Assembly: GCA_965228475.1 (NCBI GenBank)
Contig: OZ245817.1
Coordinates: 1,376,001-1,440,000 of the forward strand
Reading direction: 5' to 3'
Length of the DNA: 64,000 bases
Source of the DNA: Myxococcota bacterium
Lineage (GTDB): Bacteria; Myxococcota_A; UBA9160; JAFDDA01
Every line of letters begins with the position of its first letter. Position 1 is the stretch's first letter. The position numbers and the translations under genes are program-made. Of the stretch, positions 47,784 to 58,433 are shown in pieces. Under the pieces are notes generated by a model. The model was not told the origin of the DNA. It searched no databases and saw only the letters and a list, made by a program, of their open reading frames with translations.

Positions 47784-49685
47784 TCATCCACCGATGCCCT
47801 GGCGATCGAGCGTGCGGGCGAGCAGCGCCAACATCCAGCGGCGGTGCACACGACGGTAGAGCGAGTCTTCCGGATCTCGGGCCGGAGAACTCGGGTCGAG
47901 CGACCGACCGATCGCATCGAGGGCCCCGGGGCGGAAGATCCTGCGGAGAGGGGAGTCGTTGGATGAGACGGCGAACCGGAACGCGTCGACGAACACCTGG
48001 CCTCCGATGTCCTCGATGGGGATGGCGAAACCTTGCTTGGGTCGATCGACTACCCAAGGTGGAACCAGCCGACGAGCCACTCTTCGAAGAGCCCTCTTTC
48101 CGACGAAGTGCTGCTGTTTCTCGCGGAACGGCAGGCGCGCTGCAAGGTCCAGGACGCGGCCGGACAGAAGCGGAGCCCGGAGTTCGACGGACGCGGCGGC
48201 AGACATTCGGTCGACTTTGGTGAGCATGTTGTCCGGAAGCATCAGCCGTTGCTCCTGCCAGTGTGCGGCTTCAGCCGGGTTGGCTGCCAACGTGGCCCCG
48301 CGTTCTTCCATCAGCCGGTCGAAGGTCCGGCTCGGCTCCTCCGGGAGCCAGGCCGGGTCGATCAGCCTCACCTGCTCCTCCGGCCAGAAGAGGGAGGTGT
48401 ACGCAACCTGGCGTCGTACTGCCGACATCCGTGCAGTGTCCAGAAAACGTGCGGACTGACGACCGCGTTCACCGGCGGCGCGCTGGAGAAGAGCGCTGGC
48501 GAGTCCGAGGACTCCGCCAGGGATGCGGGAAAGGGCGGCCAGCGGCGGCAAGATCGCGTAGCGGCGATAGCCGGCGAAGACTTCGTCCCCGCCGTCGCCG
48601 GACAGCGCGACCTTGACGTGCTTTGCGAGCTCCCGGCTCAGTCGGAGCACGTTGAGCGAAGAAGTGTCGCCGAAGGGATCTCCGTGGTGGTCGACGAGAC
48701 AATCGAATTCCTGCTGGGAGAGTGGCGCCCTCGAGATCTCGACCTCGTTGTGGTCGCTCCCGATGTGGTCTGCCACGGCACGGGCGGCATCCCGTTCATC
48801 GTAGGCCGGGTCGTCGTAGACCACGGTGAAGGTCTTCAAGCGGCCCACACGACGAGCGGCCAGAGCAGCAACGGTCGAGGAGTCGATACCTCCCGAGAGG
48901 AGTACGCCGACCGGAACGTCCGAGACCAGATGCTCTGCCACCGCCTGCTCCAGCGTCGCTTCCAGGTCTCTCGGGTCCGATTCGGGTCGCGCCGGAGCCG
49001 GTTCGGGGGCGAAACGGCCGAGCTCGGGCTCGTGACCCACGCGGAGGCGGACCCAGGCGCCCGGCTGGAGCTGGAAGATGTCGCGTCGCATCGTGTGAGG
49101 TGCGGGCGCGAAGCCGAAGGTCAGGATATGGGAGAGGCCCTCGGGGCTGAGGGTGGCATCGACGTCGGGAACGGCCAGGAGGGGCGTCAACTCCGATGCG
49201 AACGCCCAACCGCCGTGGCTCCGGCGAGCGACGTAGAGCGGCTTCTGGCCCGCCCGGTCTCGCGCTAGCAGCGCGGTCTGTCCGCGTTCGTCGAGCAGGG
49301 CCAATGCGAACATCCCGTCGAACCGCTCCAACGCCTGTATCCCCTGGGTCGCGAGCATGCGCAGCACGACTTCGGTATCGCTCGTTCCAGCGAACCGCTC
49401 TCCCGCCAGCTCGAGCTCCCTGCGCAGCGCTTCGAAGTTGTACACCTCGCCGTTGTAGACGAGGAGGTGGCTGCGGGTCGGCGACCACATGGGCTGGGCA
49501 CCGGTCTCGGTGAGGTCGAGAATCGCGAGGCGAGTGTGCGCCACGCCCGAGGGTCCGGCGCGCTCGATCGCCGATTCGTCGGGCCCGCGATGGTGCAAGT
49601 CGACGCAGAAACGCCGCAGCGTCCGCTCCAGTGTGGCTCCGTCCACGCGAGAGGATGAGCTCAGGATGCCGGCGATTCCGCACAT
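47784..49685 (-). CDS. asnB: Asparagine synthase-like glutamine amidotransferase (polysaccharide-associated)
   Basis: MCGIAG, HRGPD, NGEVYNF, LSGGIDSS, SGDGGDE, KVDRMS. Confidence 0.9.
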   Translation of the reverse strand: MCGIAGILSSSSRVDGATLERTLRRFCVDLHHRGPDESAIERAGPSGVAHTRLAILDLTETGAQPMWSPTRSHLLVYNGEVYNFEALRRELELAGERFAGTSDTEVVLRMLATQGIQALERFDGMFALALLDERGQTALLARDRAGQKPLYVARRSHGGWAFASELTPLLAVPDVDATLSPEGLSHILTFGFAPAPHTMRRDIFQLQPGAWVRLRVGHEPELGRFAPEPAPARPESDPRDLEATLEQAVAEHLVSDVPVGVLLSGGIDSSTVAALAARRVGRLKTFTVVYDDPAYDERDAARAVADHIGSDHNEVEISRAPLSQQEFDCLVDHHGDPFGDTSSLNVLRLSRELAKHVKVALSGDGGDEVFAGYRRYAILPPLAALSRIPGGVLGLASALLQRAAGERGRQSARFLDTARMSAVRRQVAYTSLFWPEEQVRLIDPAWLPEEPSRTFDRLMEERGATLAANPAEAAHWQEQRLMLPDNMLTKVDRMSAAASVELRAPLLSGRVLDLAARLPFREKQQHFVGKRALRRVARRLVPPWVVDRPKQGFAIPIEDIGGQVFVDAFRFAVSSNDSPLRRIFRPGALDAIGRSLDPSSPARDPEDSLYRRVHRRWMLALLARTLDRQGIGG

Positions 49686-49716
49686 GGTTGGGGGCCCTCT
49701 GGGGGGCCTGGGTCCC

Positions 49717-50772
49717 TCACTCCGCGCGGGCCTCGATTCGCTCGAGCACGTCGTCGAGAATGGCGTCTTCGGGCCACGTGTGCCCCTCGATCCATTCGAG
49801 GTCCGGGGTCCAGTGCCCCGGGCAGTCATGGACCGGCACGGACTCGTACCCGTACGAGATCTCGACGATGCGCGGCTGAGAGGTCTTGTCGTCGACGAAG
49901 TCGAAGCAGATGCTCGCGGCGCCGAGTGATTGAGCGACATCGAAGGCGGTTTGGACCGCAGCTTCGCGAATTCGCGACCGGTCGTATTCGATCCTACCGC
50001 TCCCCGAGGCGCGGAAATCACCCGGCCGTACGCCGCGCGTGAAGCCGAAAGCCCGCTTCCCGATCACGGTGATCCTCGTGTCGAAGGCGTTGTCGGGAAC
50101 GAACTCCTGAAGATAGAGGTATCCGCTCTCCTTGCCCAGTCGCTGGTCGAGTTCCCGACGCCGCTTGATCTTCGCCGGCAAAGACTGAATGAGCTCCTTG
50201 AAGCGGCCGATTCGCCACGAGTTGGCGAACTTCCATGCCTCGTTTCGTAGCGAGCCCGACGGCGTGAAACCCGCCCCGAAGGCCTTGTCGAGGGTCTTCC
50301 TTGCTTCCTCCAGGTCCGCGAGAAGCCGGACGTTGCGGGATCCCGAGCCGCGTCGAAGCTTGAACACCTTGGGGTAGGTCGTCGTCTCCAGGAACTCGCG
50401 TGCACTCCGGGCGTCGAGGAAGACCCAGGTCGGCACGAGCGGCGCGCCGATCGCCTCGAGGGCGTACTTCTGGGCGATCTTGTCGTCGAAGTGCCAACAC
50501 GTCGCGTCGTCTGGGAAGGTGACGAGCCCCATGGAGGCGGCGCTCTTCAGAACGTGTCGCGCGATCAGCTGGTCTTGCGCCGAGCCGTGACCGAAATGCC
50601 AGAGCAAGGCTGATTTCCCGCGGAGCTGATCGATCGCATCGCTGCGATGGCAGTCGACGATCTCGTGCGGGATGCCACGTTCTCGGCAGGATGCGATCCA
50701 GCGATCGGAGAAGCCTCCGGGCCTCGGATGGATCGCGATCGCGCGCCGCCTACTGTCTTCGCTCACCGACAT
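49717..50772 (-). CDS. RimK-like ATP-grasp ligase
   Basis: DDKIAQKY, PKVFKLRRGSGS, YLQEFVP, DFRASGSG, VEIS. Confidence 0.85.
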   Translation of the reverse strand: MSVSEDSRRRAIAIHPRPGGFSDRWIASCRERGIPHEIVDCHRSDAIDQLRGKSALLWHFGHGSAQDQLIARHVLKSAASMGLVTFPDDATCWHFDDKIAQKYALEAIGAPLVPTWVFLDARSAREFLETTTYPKVFKLRRGSGSRNVRLLADLEEARKTLDKAFGAGFTPSGSLRNEAWKFANSWRIGRFKELIQSLPAKIKRRRELDQRLGKESGYLYLQEFVPDNAFDTRITVIGKRAFGFTRGVRPGDFRASGSGRIEYDRSRIREAAVQTAFDVAQSLGAASICFDFVDDKTSQPRIVEISYGYESVPVHDCPGHWTPDLEWIEGHTWPEDAILDDVLERIEARAE

Positions 50773-52182
50773 TCAGGCGGCCCGTCTTTCGATGAATCCG
50801 GCCCAGCCGGCGGGAGGCCGTGCGCGGACCCCGAAGGCCGAAACTGCCTCGGCCATCGAGAGCTCGCCGGCATCGGATCGAATGCGGACCGGCGCCGCTG
50901 CGTCCGGCAGCGGCCAGCGAGGCTCGTCGCCGGCGTGGGCGAGGAGCGGGATCCGGTCCGGGTCGAGGCCAAGGAGGCGTGCATGAAGCCTCTCGGCGGC
51001 GAACGGAGCGTCACTGAACGTCACGACGCCCATGTCGATCGGGTCCGGGCGCAGCGGGCCTTCCCCCTGGCCGCAAACGATGGCGTCGGTGAGGGAGAGG
51101 ACCTTGCGTTGCTGGGAGTCGGAAAGGCTTCCGTCGAGACGACCGAAGCGAACGATCCGGTTGAGGTCGAGCACCATTCGCCAGACCGTATCGTTGCCGT
51201 GCCACGCACCACTCATCCGTCCGCCCCCGCCCCCCGAGAGGTAGCGAGCGACCCGGCTCGCCTGGCGCCACAGCCCGTAGCCGCGCTGTCCGATCCTGCG
51301 GTTGGCCGCATCATCGAGGCCCTCGGCGAACTCGCGAGTCCGGGACTTGCCCGGGTAGCAGTCTCCCCCTCGCTCGGATCCGCCGAAGCGGTGGTGCGGG
51401 AGAAAATCCTTGTCGCCGTTGAGGCCGACGAGGTTCTTGACGGTTCCGGTGATGCCGGCCTTGCAATGGGTCTTGAGCTTCGGAAGGGAGAGGATGCAGT
51501 CGACCTCGAAGGCGTCGCGACAGAGCAGGTAGCAGTGTCGGCCCGGTCGGTGGGTCTCTACCAGTCGATCCGGGTCGTAGTCCGCGACGCGGAAACGCGG
51601 CTCGACGCTGGAAATGGGCTCGAGCATGCTGTCGCTGCCAACATCGAACCGGACGTATCGGCTCTCGGAACGGATGTCCTTCTTCACGTTGGCCGACAGG
51701 CCCCCGCTCTCGAAGACCGTCCTTCGAAAGTCGATCACCTCGACAACGGCGCCATGCTGGCGGGCGAGTGCATCGACCCGTTCTTCGAAGCCGGGAGGCA
51801 GTAGCGCCTGGAAGTCGCAGCGTTGGATCGGCGCGTCCCCGATGATCACGCGAGCGGGCCGAGCCTTCAGCACCTCGGTCAGAGCGGCGATCACGAACTC
51901 CGGGTGCGTGACCAGGCACTCCTTGCCGCCGCTCCCCTCGTTCTCGTGAGCGACCCAGTTCGGCTTCAGGAGAACGGACCCGCCTTGTGGGATGATCGAC
52001 GAGAGGCCTCGCCCCTCTTCCGTCCCATGGGCCACGGCTCGCTCGATCAGCGATGCGAGGTGGCCCGGTTCGTAAGCCGCGTGTGAAGGCCCCTCGCGAC
52101 CCCGTTCGCTATGAGCCAAGCCCACGCGGCATTCGGTGGCGTTTTGCGCCGTTGCCTCGGGCTTTTCGCTGCGTGCGGCCAT
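50773..52182 (-). CDS. DUF362 domain-containing protein
   Basis: VLLKPNWV, THPEF, IGDAP, LPKLKTH, KNLVG, GEGP; start uncertain. Confidence 0.8.
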   Translation of the reverse strand: MAARSEKPEATAQNATECRVGLAHSERGREGPSHAAYEPGHLASLIERAVAHGTEEGRGLSSIIPQGGSVLLKPNWVAHENEGSGGKECLVTHPEFVIAALTEVLKARPARVIIGDAPIQRCDFQALLPPGFEERVDALARQHGAVVEVIDFRRTVFESGGLSANVKKDIRSESRYVRFDVGSDSMLEPISSVEPRFRVADYDPDRLVETHRPGRHCYLLCRDAFEVDCILSLPKLKTHCKAGITGTVKNLVGLNGDKDFLPHHRFGGSERGGDCYPGKSRTREFAEGLDDAANRRIGQRGYGLWRQASRVARYLSGGGGGRMSGAWHGNDTVWRMVLDLNRIVRFGRLDGSLSDSQQRKVLSLTDAIVCGQGEGPLRPDPIDMGVVTFSDAPFAAERLHARLLGLDPDRIPLLAHAGDEPRWPLPDAAAPVRIRSDAGELSMAEAVSAFGVRARPPAGWAGFIERRAA

Positions 52183-52313
52183 TGCAAACGATGCTACCAC
52201 GGGCGGTCGAAGAGCCGCCAGGCAGCCTGGCCTCGAGGCTGTCCGAATTGCGTTCGAGTTGCAGCGAGGTTGCCAGGTGCGTAGCTTCCGCCGCGCGGTG
52301 GGCACCGGGAATC

Positions 52314-53459
52314 ATGCGGATCCTCTACATGATCGACAACCTCGGGAGCGGCGGTGCGCAGCGTCAGGCTGTGGAGGTCGCCGTTCGTCTGAGCCGACAG
52401 CCGGACGTCGAGGTCGCGTTCGCCGTGTATCGAGATGTCGACTTCTTCCGCGCGCGCCTCGACGAAGCCGAGATCCCTGTCGTCTGTCTGCAGAAGCGCG
52501 GGACGGTCGATCCCTTCTTTCCTCTTCGCCTGCGTCGGTTCATCCGATCTCATCGGCCCGACATCCTTCACGCGTTCCTTCCCATGCCCGTGATCTGGTC
52601 GGCTCTGGCGCGCGGTCGCAGCACAGACAGCACAGTCTGGGTCGCAGGGGAGCGTTCGGCGCCCGAGCACGGCGGCGGCCGCATCTTCGAGTCGGTCCTG
52701 CGCCGCGCGTATCTCCGCTTCGACACCGTCTTCGCCAACTCCTGTCGAGCCTCCCAGGTCCTCGTCGACGCCTGGGGGCTTCGTCGAGAGCGTGTGCACT
52801 ACCTGCCGAACGGGATCGACCTCGAGGAGTGGGACCGACGATCCGAAGGCCCGTGCCCGGTCGATCTCGAGCCGGGGTGCACTCATCTCGCCCTCATTGG
52901 CAGGCTCTCGGAGGAGAAGGGGCATCTCCTGATCCTCGAGGCGGTTTCCCGGTTGGCGGAGGGCCAGCGCAGGCGTCTTCGGCTCTGGTTCTTCGGCGCC
53001 GACGGCCCCATGTCGTCCGCGGTGGACGAGGAGATCGAGCGAAGAGGGCTGCGAGACGTGGCCTTTCGAAGGCCGCCCACACCCCACCTGCCGGCCCTGA
53101 TGCGGCGCCTTGACGGATTGGTCCTGGCGTCCCGTTTCGAAGGGTCGCCGAACGTAGTCCTCGAGGCGATGGCGAGTGGACTCCCGGTACTTTCATACGA
53201 TGTAGGTGACGTCCCTTCGCTCGTTCGGCCGGCCGACACGGGGTGGCTCCTGCCTCCGGGCGACATCGAGGCGCTCACGCGCGGCCTGGTCGAGTTGCTC
53301 GAGGCTCCTCCCGGGGTTCGGCAGCGGATGGGGGCGGCGGGAAGAGCCGTCGTGGCGGAGGAGTTCGCCATCGACGTCGTGGCCCAGAAGCACCTCGATC
53401 TCTATCGCCGACTTGCCGATGAGCTGCGGAGCCATGCCGAGGCAAGGCCGCTGGGCTAG
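52314..53459 (+). CDS. Glycosyltransferase family 4
   Basis: MRILYMIDNLGSGGAQRQ, PNGID, GRL..EKG, EGSPNVVLEAMASG. Confidence 0.9.
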   Translation: MRILYMIDNLGSGGAQRQAVEVAVRLSRQPDVEVAFAVYRDVDFFRARLDEAEIPVVCLQKRGTVDPFFPLRLRRFIRSHRPDILHAFLPMPVIWSALARGRSTDSTVWVAGERSAPEHGGGRIFESVLRRAYLRFDTVFANSCRASQVLVDAWGLRRERVHYLPNGIDLEEWDRRSEGPCPVDLEPGCTHLALIGRLSEEKGHLLILEAVSRLAEGQRRRLRLWFFGADGPMSSAVDEEIERRGLRDVAFRRPPTPHLPALMRRLDGLVLASRFEGSPNVVLEAMASGLPVLSYDVGDVPSLVRPADTGWLLPPGDIEALTRGLVELLEAPPGVRQRMGAAGRAVVAEEFAIDVVAQKHLDLYRRLADELRSHAEARPLG

Positions 53460-53515
53460 CCTGCCCGGTCCGCCAGCCGGCGCGCAGGTCCAAGAGCCGG
53501 AGGAGCAAGAGCGCC

Positions 53516-54469
53516 ATGTCGCAGGTCGATGTCGTCACCGGAGGGGCAGGGTTCATCGGGTCGCACCTGTCCGGTGCCCTCGCGGCGCAGGGCCGGACGG
53601 TCCGCATCCTCGACAACCTCTCGACGGGCAAGCAGGAGCGGATCGACGGCCTGCTGGCCGAGCACGGCGATCGCATCGACTTCCGCGCCGAGGACATCCA
53701 GGACCCGAAGGCACTCGCGCGTGCCTTCGAAGGCGCCGAGTTCGTCTACCACCAGGCGGCGCTTCCCTCGGTCCCGCGCTCGGTGAACGACCCGGTGGCC
53801 AGCAACGCCGCGAACATCGACGGCACGCTGAACGTCTTCGTGGCCGCCCGGGACGCCGGCGTGAAGAAGGTCGTCTACGCGAGTTCGTCCTCGATCTACG
53901 GAGACTCGAAGGAGCTCCCGAAGCACGAGGGCATGGAGTTCAACCCGAAGTCGCCCTACGCCATCACCAAGTGCGTGGGCGAGATGTACGGGCGGGTCTT
54001 CTCCCAGATCTACGGCCTCGGGACCGTCGGGCTCCGCTACTTCAACGTCTTCGGCCCGTCCCAGGATCCGACCTCGCAGTACGCCGCCGTCATCCCCCGC
54101 TTCATCACGCGCATGCTGGCCGGGGAGTCCCCGATCATCTTCGGCGACGGCGAGCAGAGCCGCGACTTCACCTTCATCGACAACGTGGTCTCGGCGAACC
54201 AGTGTGCTGCGCGCTCCGAGGCGTCGGGCGTCGCCGTGAACGTCGCCTGCGGCGACCGCTTCACGCTGAATCACCTGGTCGAGCAGCTGAACGAGATCCT
54301 CGGCACCTCGATCGAGTCGGTGCACGAGGAGAGCCGCGTCGGCGACGTCAAGCACTCCCAGGCTTCCGTCGATCGCGCCAACGCCGAGATCGGCTTCGTG
54401 CCGAAGGTCGACTTCCTCGAAGGCCTGCGCCAGACGGTGGAGTTCTTCCGGGCGGAAGCCGGGGCCTAG
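53516..54469 (+). CDS. NAD-dependent nucleotide-sugar epimerase (WbpP-like)
   Basis: TGGAGFIGSH, HQAALPSVPRS, YAITK, LRYFNVFGP, RDFTFIDNV. Confidence 0.92.
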   Translation: MSQVDVVTGGAGFIGSHLSGALAAQGRTVRILDNLSTGKQERIDGLLAEHGDRIDFRAEDIQDPKALARAFEGAEFVYHQAALPSVPRSVNDPVASNAANIDGTLNVFVAARDAGVKKVVYASSSSIYGDSKELPKHEGMEFNPKSPYAITKCVGEMYGRVFSQIYGLGTVGLRYFNVFGPSQDPTSQYAAVIPRFITRMLAGESPIIFGDGEQSRDFTFIDNVVSANQCAARSEASGVAVNVACGDRFTLNHLVEQLNEILGTSIESVHEESRVGDVKHSQASVDRANAEIGFVPKVDFLEGLRQTVEFFRAEAGA

Positions 54470-55596
54470 CGCGCCGCGCGGACGTTCCGCAGGCGTTCGG
54501 CCAGCACGTCCGCGATCACGGCATGTCCAGCCGGTGTCCAGTGGTCGTCGTAGACGGACGTTCCACTCGCCAGCTCCGCTCGGAGCGCGGCGCTCGGGTC
54601 GATCAGCTCGATGCCGAGGGTCTCGCAGGTCTCCCGTAGCCAGGGCAGCCAGGTGTCTTCGGCCGCGACTTCGCCGGTGAGCTGGGTCTCCCCGCGCGGA
54701 ACGTAGAGAATCGAGAAGCCGACTCCCGCCTCGCGTGTCTTGGCGGCGAACTCGGCCAGGACCGTTCGGCCGAGGGCACGCGCGCGTTCGGAGTACTCGG
54801 TGGGCCAGGTGCTCGGCAGATCGTTCGGGCCGGGCACGGCTCCCGCTTCACCGGACATCTCGACCTCGTCGCGATCCACGCCGATCCGAACGCCGGTCCG
54901 GCGAATCGCCATCGCGCGCTGCCGAGCGAGCCGCGCGACGAAGGAGTGGCGCTGGATGAACTTGCCGATGCGGCGGGAGAGGGAGGCGCCCTCTGGAGGA
55001 ATCGGCCAGCGGATCTGAAAGCCGTCCCCGTCGGGCCTCAGCAGGGCCCTCGTGTTGCCCTCGGCGGCGACGCCCTCGAGCTGATCCCCCAGATCGTTGC
55101 CGACGAAGAGGTAGACGGCGTGGTCGATTCCGTAGCGCGGGCCGTAGGTCTGCCAGGCATGCAGGGCGTTGAACGTGCCCCAGCCCGAGATCCCGAAGCC
55201 GAACGTCTCGAAGCGGTGCTCGAGCTGTTTCTCCAACACCCGGAAGAAGACCTGGTCGAGAGGAACCTGGAGGGACTCGACGTAGGAATCGCCGAAGAAT
55301 GCGACTCGCGTCGTCCCCGCCGCGGCTTCCTTCGCGTGGTCGACGTCCATGAAACCGTCGGCGTTGGGAACGCGTCGGACGAAACGGACCTTGTTGTAGA
55401 TCACGGGGCCGGCGTGAACGTTGCCGCGCAGGGTCGCTTCGTAGCGGCCGCCTCCGTAGCTGCCGGGAGGCAGGAGTGACGGCACCGCTCGGAAGGCTAC
55501 CTCGAGGATCACGACCACGAACGCGAGGCTGAACCCCAAGAGAGCGAGCCGAGCCACGGCGGGGATCCAGCGTCTGTTCGTCTTCGGTCCGGACAT
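54466..55596 (-). CDS. Membrane-anchored SGNH hydrolase/acetyltransferase (AlgJ/AlgX-like)
   Basis: N-terminal TM; GDSY, GND, DHWTPAGH. Confidence 0.78.
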   Translation of the reverse strand: MSGPKTNRRWIPAVARLALLGFSLAFVVVILEVAFRAVPSLLPPGSYGGGRYEATLRGNVHAGPVIYNKVRFVRRVPNADGFMDVDHAKEAAAGTTRVAFFGDSYVESLQVPLDQVFFRVLEKQLEHRFETFGFGISGWGTFNALHAWQTYGPRYGIDHAVYLFVGNDLGDQLEGVAAEGNTRALLRPDGDGFQIRWPIPPEGASLSRRIGKFIQRHSFVARLARQRAMAIRRTGVRIGVDRDEVEMSGEAGAVPGPNDLPSTWPTEYSERARALGRTVLAEFAAKTREAGVGFSILYVPRGETQLTGEVAAEDTWLPWLRETCETLGIELIDPSAALRAELASGTSVYDDHWTPAGHAVIADVLAERLRNVRAAR

Positions 55597-55632
55597 CCGG
55601 GCAAGGCTAGCAACTCACCCGGTCCCGGGGGC

Positions 55633-57117
55633 TCAAGTCCTGCGGTTGCGAACGCGAGCGCGCAGGTCTTTCGCGAAGCCGACGAGGTCCCTCGGCTCGA
55701 TCGCGCCCGTCGCGAGCGATGTCACCGCGAAGGCGACGAGGGCTGCGCCCCGGAACCCGAAACGCGCCGCATCGCCGAAGTCGAGGGAAAGGCCGTAGGC
55801 AGCGGCGAGGCCCGCGCTCGCGGCCGCGAGGAACAGCAGCCGGCCTCTCTCGAAGGGGATCGGATAGGTGCGGCGCGTCATCCAGACGGTGACGACGTTC
55901 AAGATCGCGAAGGACATCACCGTGGCGAGGGCGGCGCCGTGGATTCCCATGCGTGGGATGAGCCAAATGTCGAGCAGGAGGTTGCAGGCGCCGGCGATGA
56001 TCACGCGCACGGGCAGGAGGTGGGTCTGCTCCCGGATGAGCAGGCCGACCTTGACGACGTCGCTCAGGGCGAAGAGGAGCAGGGAGGCGCCGAGCATGCC
56101 GATCAGGCGCTCGGCCTCCCAGTAGCGTTCGTCGAGGAGGTGGCGGAGCGGGAGTTCCGCGAAGAAGGCGAGGCCCGCGACGAGCAGGATGCCGCCGGCC
56201 GTGAACTGGGTCGTGAAGCGGGCGAAGACCGCCTGGGCGTCCGGGCGGCGGCCGAGATCGTAGAGGGCGACGTTCCAGACCATCCGGAAGGGGGTGAAGA
56301 CGGCGACGGTCAGGATCGAGGCGACGCGGACGCCCATCCCGTAGAGCCCCACCGCAGCCTCGTCCATGAAGTAGCGGATGAGGTAGCGGTCGGCGGTCGA
56401 CAGGACGTAGAACGAGAGGCCGGCGAAGACGAGGGGCAGGCCGAAGGCGAGCATGCTGCGCATCTCGTCCCGGGAGAAGCGGGCGGGGAGCTGGTCCCGG
56501 CTCGCGCGAAAGAGCAGGGCCGCGAGCGCCACCTGGCTGGCGGCTGCGCCGAGGACCGGCGCTTCGAACGTCTTGTCGGCCCCGAGGATCAGGTAGACCG
56601 TGACCGCGGCCTGGACCCCGGCCCCGAGGAGCAGGATCCAGGCGAGGCCCACCGTCCGGTAGAGGCCACGCATGACCGTGGTGAAGACGTTCACGAGCGC
56701 CGAGGCCACGAGCGTGCCGGCGCCGGCCACGACCAGCCAGCCGAGGGAGGTGTCGTCGAGGAGCAGGCCCGCGATCGGTTCGGCGAGCAGCGTGCAGAGG
56801 AGGGCGACGGCGCCCGTCGAACCGAGGATGCCGGCGGTCGCAGTGCTGGCCGCGAGCCTGCGGCTCTGGGCGTCGTCGGCGTGTTCGTAGTTGAAGCGGC
56901 GGGCGAGGGCGCTCGGCAAGCCGAGCATGAAGAACGTGCCGACCAGGGTGACGGAGGCCATCAGCAGCTCGACCTTGCCGAAGGCTTCGGGGGGCAGATG
57001 ACGCGAGTAGAGAGGGAGGAGCAGGAATCCGAGCACGCCGCTCGCGACGTTCCCCAGCGAGGTGACCAGGGTGTGCGAGACGAGCCGCTTGACCTCGTTC
57101 CCCACGTCGCGCTCCAT
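55633..57117 (-). CDS. wzx: Wzx-type polysaccharide flippase
   Basis: LLPLYSRHLPPEAFG, FGLPL, DRYLI, VGLY, GAALAT; many TM helices. Confidence 0.85.
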   Translation of the reverse strand: MERDVGNEVKRLVSHTLVTSLGNVASGVLGFLLLPLYSRHLPPEAFGKVELLMASVTLVGTFFMLGLPSALARRFNYEHADDAQSRRLAASTATAGILGSTGAVALLCTLLAEPIAGLLLDDTSLGWLVVAGAGTLVASALVNVFTTVMRGLYRTVGLAWILLLGAGVQAAVTVYLILGADKTFEAPVLGAAASQVALAALLFRASRDQLPARFSRDEMRSMLAFGLPLVFAGLSFYVLSTADRYLIRYFMDEAAVGLYGMGVRVASILTVAVFTPFRMVWNVALYDLGRRPDAQAVFARFTTQFTAGGILLVAGLAFFAELPLRHLLDERYWEAERLIGMLGASLLLFALSDVVKVGLLIREQTHLLPVRVIIAGACNLLLDIWLIPRMGIHGAALATVMSFAILNVVTVWMTRRTYPIPFERGRLLFLAAASAGLAAAYGLSLDFGDAARFGFRGAALVAFAVTSLATGAIEPRDLVGFAKDLRARVRNRRT

Positions 57118-57428
57118 GCGCTGCCACCGGTGAGCGCGGGCGAACCGTATGAGATCGCCGGAGTCCCGTAAAGGGAGCGAAAGGGCGGAGCCGCGCCGGC
57201 ATCCGATCCTCGCAAGGCCGCGGCGTTCCATGCAGAAGTTCGACAGGGGCGGTCCCGGTCGGGCCTGGGCCGGTGGTGGCGCGTCATCGTTTCTTCGCCG
57301 GCTCGTCACCCGGCGTCCGGGGGGGCTCCGTACCTTGCCGGGGAAGCGTCCGTCGGCCGCCCGTTCGAAGGCTCCGCGCGGAGTGGTCCATGGGGAGCGC
57401 CCATGGGCAGCGAGATCGGAGGAGCGAG

Positions 57429-58433
57429 ATGCGAAGCCTTGGTTTCACCCGCGTCCACATCACGTCGTGCACCCCGCGTAGCGGTACGACTCTGCTGACC
57501 GAGTTGATGACCCACGGCTTTCGGTTCGACGCGTGGTCCGAGCACGAGATGGATCTGTTCAACCGGCCCCGCCCCTCCCAGTGCCACGGCCGGGTCCTCA
57601 CCAAGTCGCCAACGGACATCGTGACCTCTCGCTACCTGCTCGATCTGTGGAAGGATCTTTGGGTCATCTGCGTCGTCCGGGACCCGCGCGACGTCGTCGT
57701 GAGCCGGCACCGCGGCGCTCCCGACCGCTACTACGTCGGCCTCAACAACTGGAAGGAGGGCTACGGCCACATGCAGCGGCTGGCAGCTCACCCCCGCGTG
57801 TTGACGCTGCGATACGAGGATCTCGCCGAGGACCCGGATGGAGTCCAGGCGAAGATCGCCGCGTTCCTGCCGTGGCTGGAGCGCCGCGCGGCGTTCTCGA
57901 CGTTTCACGAGGTTGCACGGCCGTCCGAGGGTTCGTCCAAGGCCCTCGGCGGGGTTCGGCCCGTGTCTTCGTCGAGCGTCGGCGCATGGCGGCGGCACCT
58001 CCCGCGCATCGCCTCGCAGGTGGCGCGCCACGGCCCCATCGACGACGTGCTCTACGACCTCGGCTACGAGGCCGACACGGAGTGGAAGCGCGAGCTCGAC
58101 GGGATCGAGCCGGATGGTCTTCCGTCGTACTTCCCGGAGTTCCCGACGGCGGGCCAGCGCTGGCAGCGGCGGCTCTGGATCCTGCGAAACTGGGTTCGCT
58201 GCGTGCTCGGGATCGAGGTTCGCGCGGATCTGGTGACGGCGACTTCGGCTGGCTCAGGCGCCGAAGGCGTTGCCCGCCCACGCCTCGAGCAGGAACACAC
58301 GCATCAGTTCGGGGTCGAGGCCCGTCGTCTCGTCGAGGAATCCGTCGCGAGCGGCAACGAGTCGCGTCGTGTCGTACCACCCGCGCCGCGCGAGCCTTTC
58401 GCTGTCGAGGGTCTCCACGAAGAAGTCGCGTAG
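57429..58433 (+). CDS. Sulfotransferase family protein
   Basis: PRSGTTLL (5'-PSB), RDPRDVVVS (3'-PB), LRYEDL; GGAGGAG SD. Confidence 0.85.
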   Translation: MRSLGFTRVHITSCTPRSGTTLLTELMTHGFRFDAWSEHEMDLFNRPRPSQCHGRVLTKSPTDIVTSRYLLDLWKDLWVICVVRDPRDVVVSRHRGAPDRYYVGLNNWKEGYGHMQRLAAHPRVLTLRYEDLAEDPDGVQAKIAAFLPWLERRAAFSTFHEVARPSEGSSKALGGVRPVSSSSVGAWRRHLPRIASQVARHGPIDDVLYDLGYEADTEWKRELDGIEPDGLPSYFPEFPTAGQRWQRRLWILRNWVRCVLGIEVRADLVTATSAGSGAEGVARPRLEQEHTHQFGVEARRLVEESVASGNESRRVVPPAPREPFAVEGLHEEVA

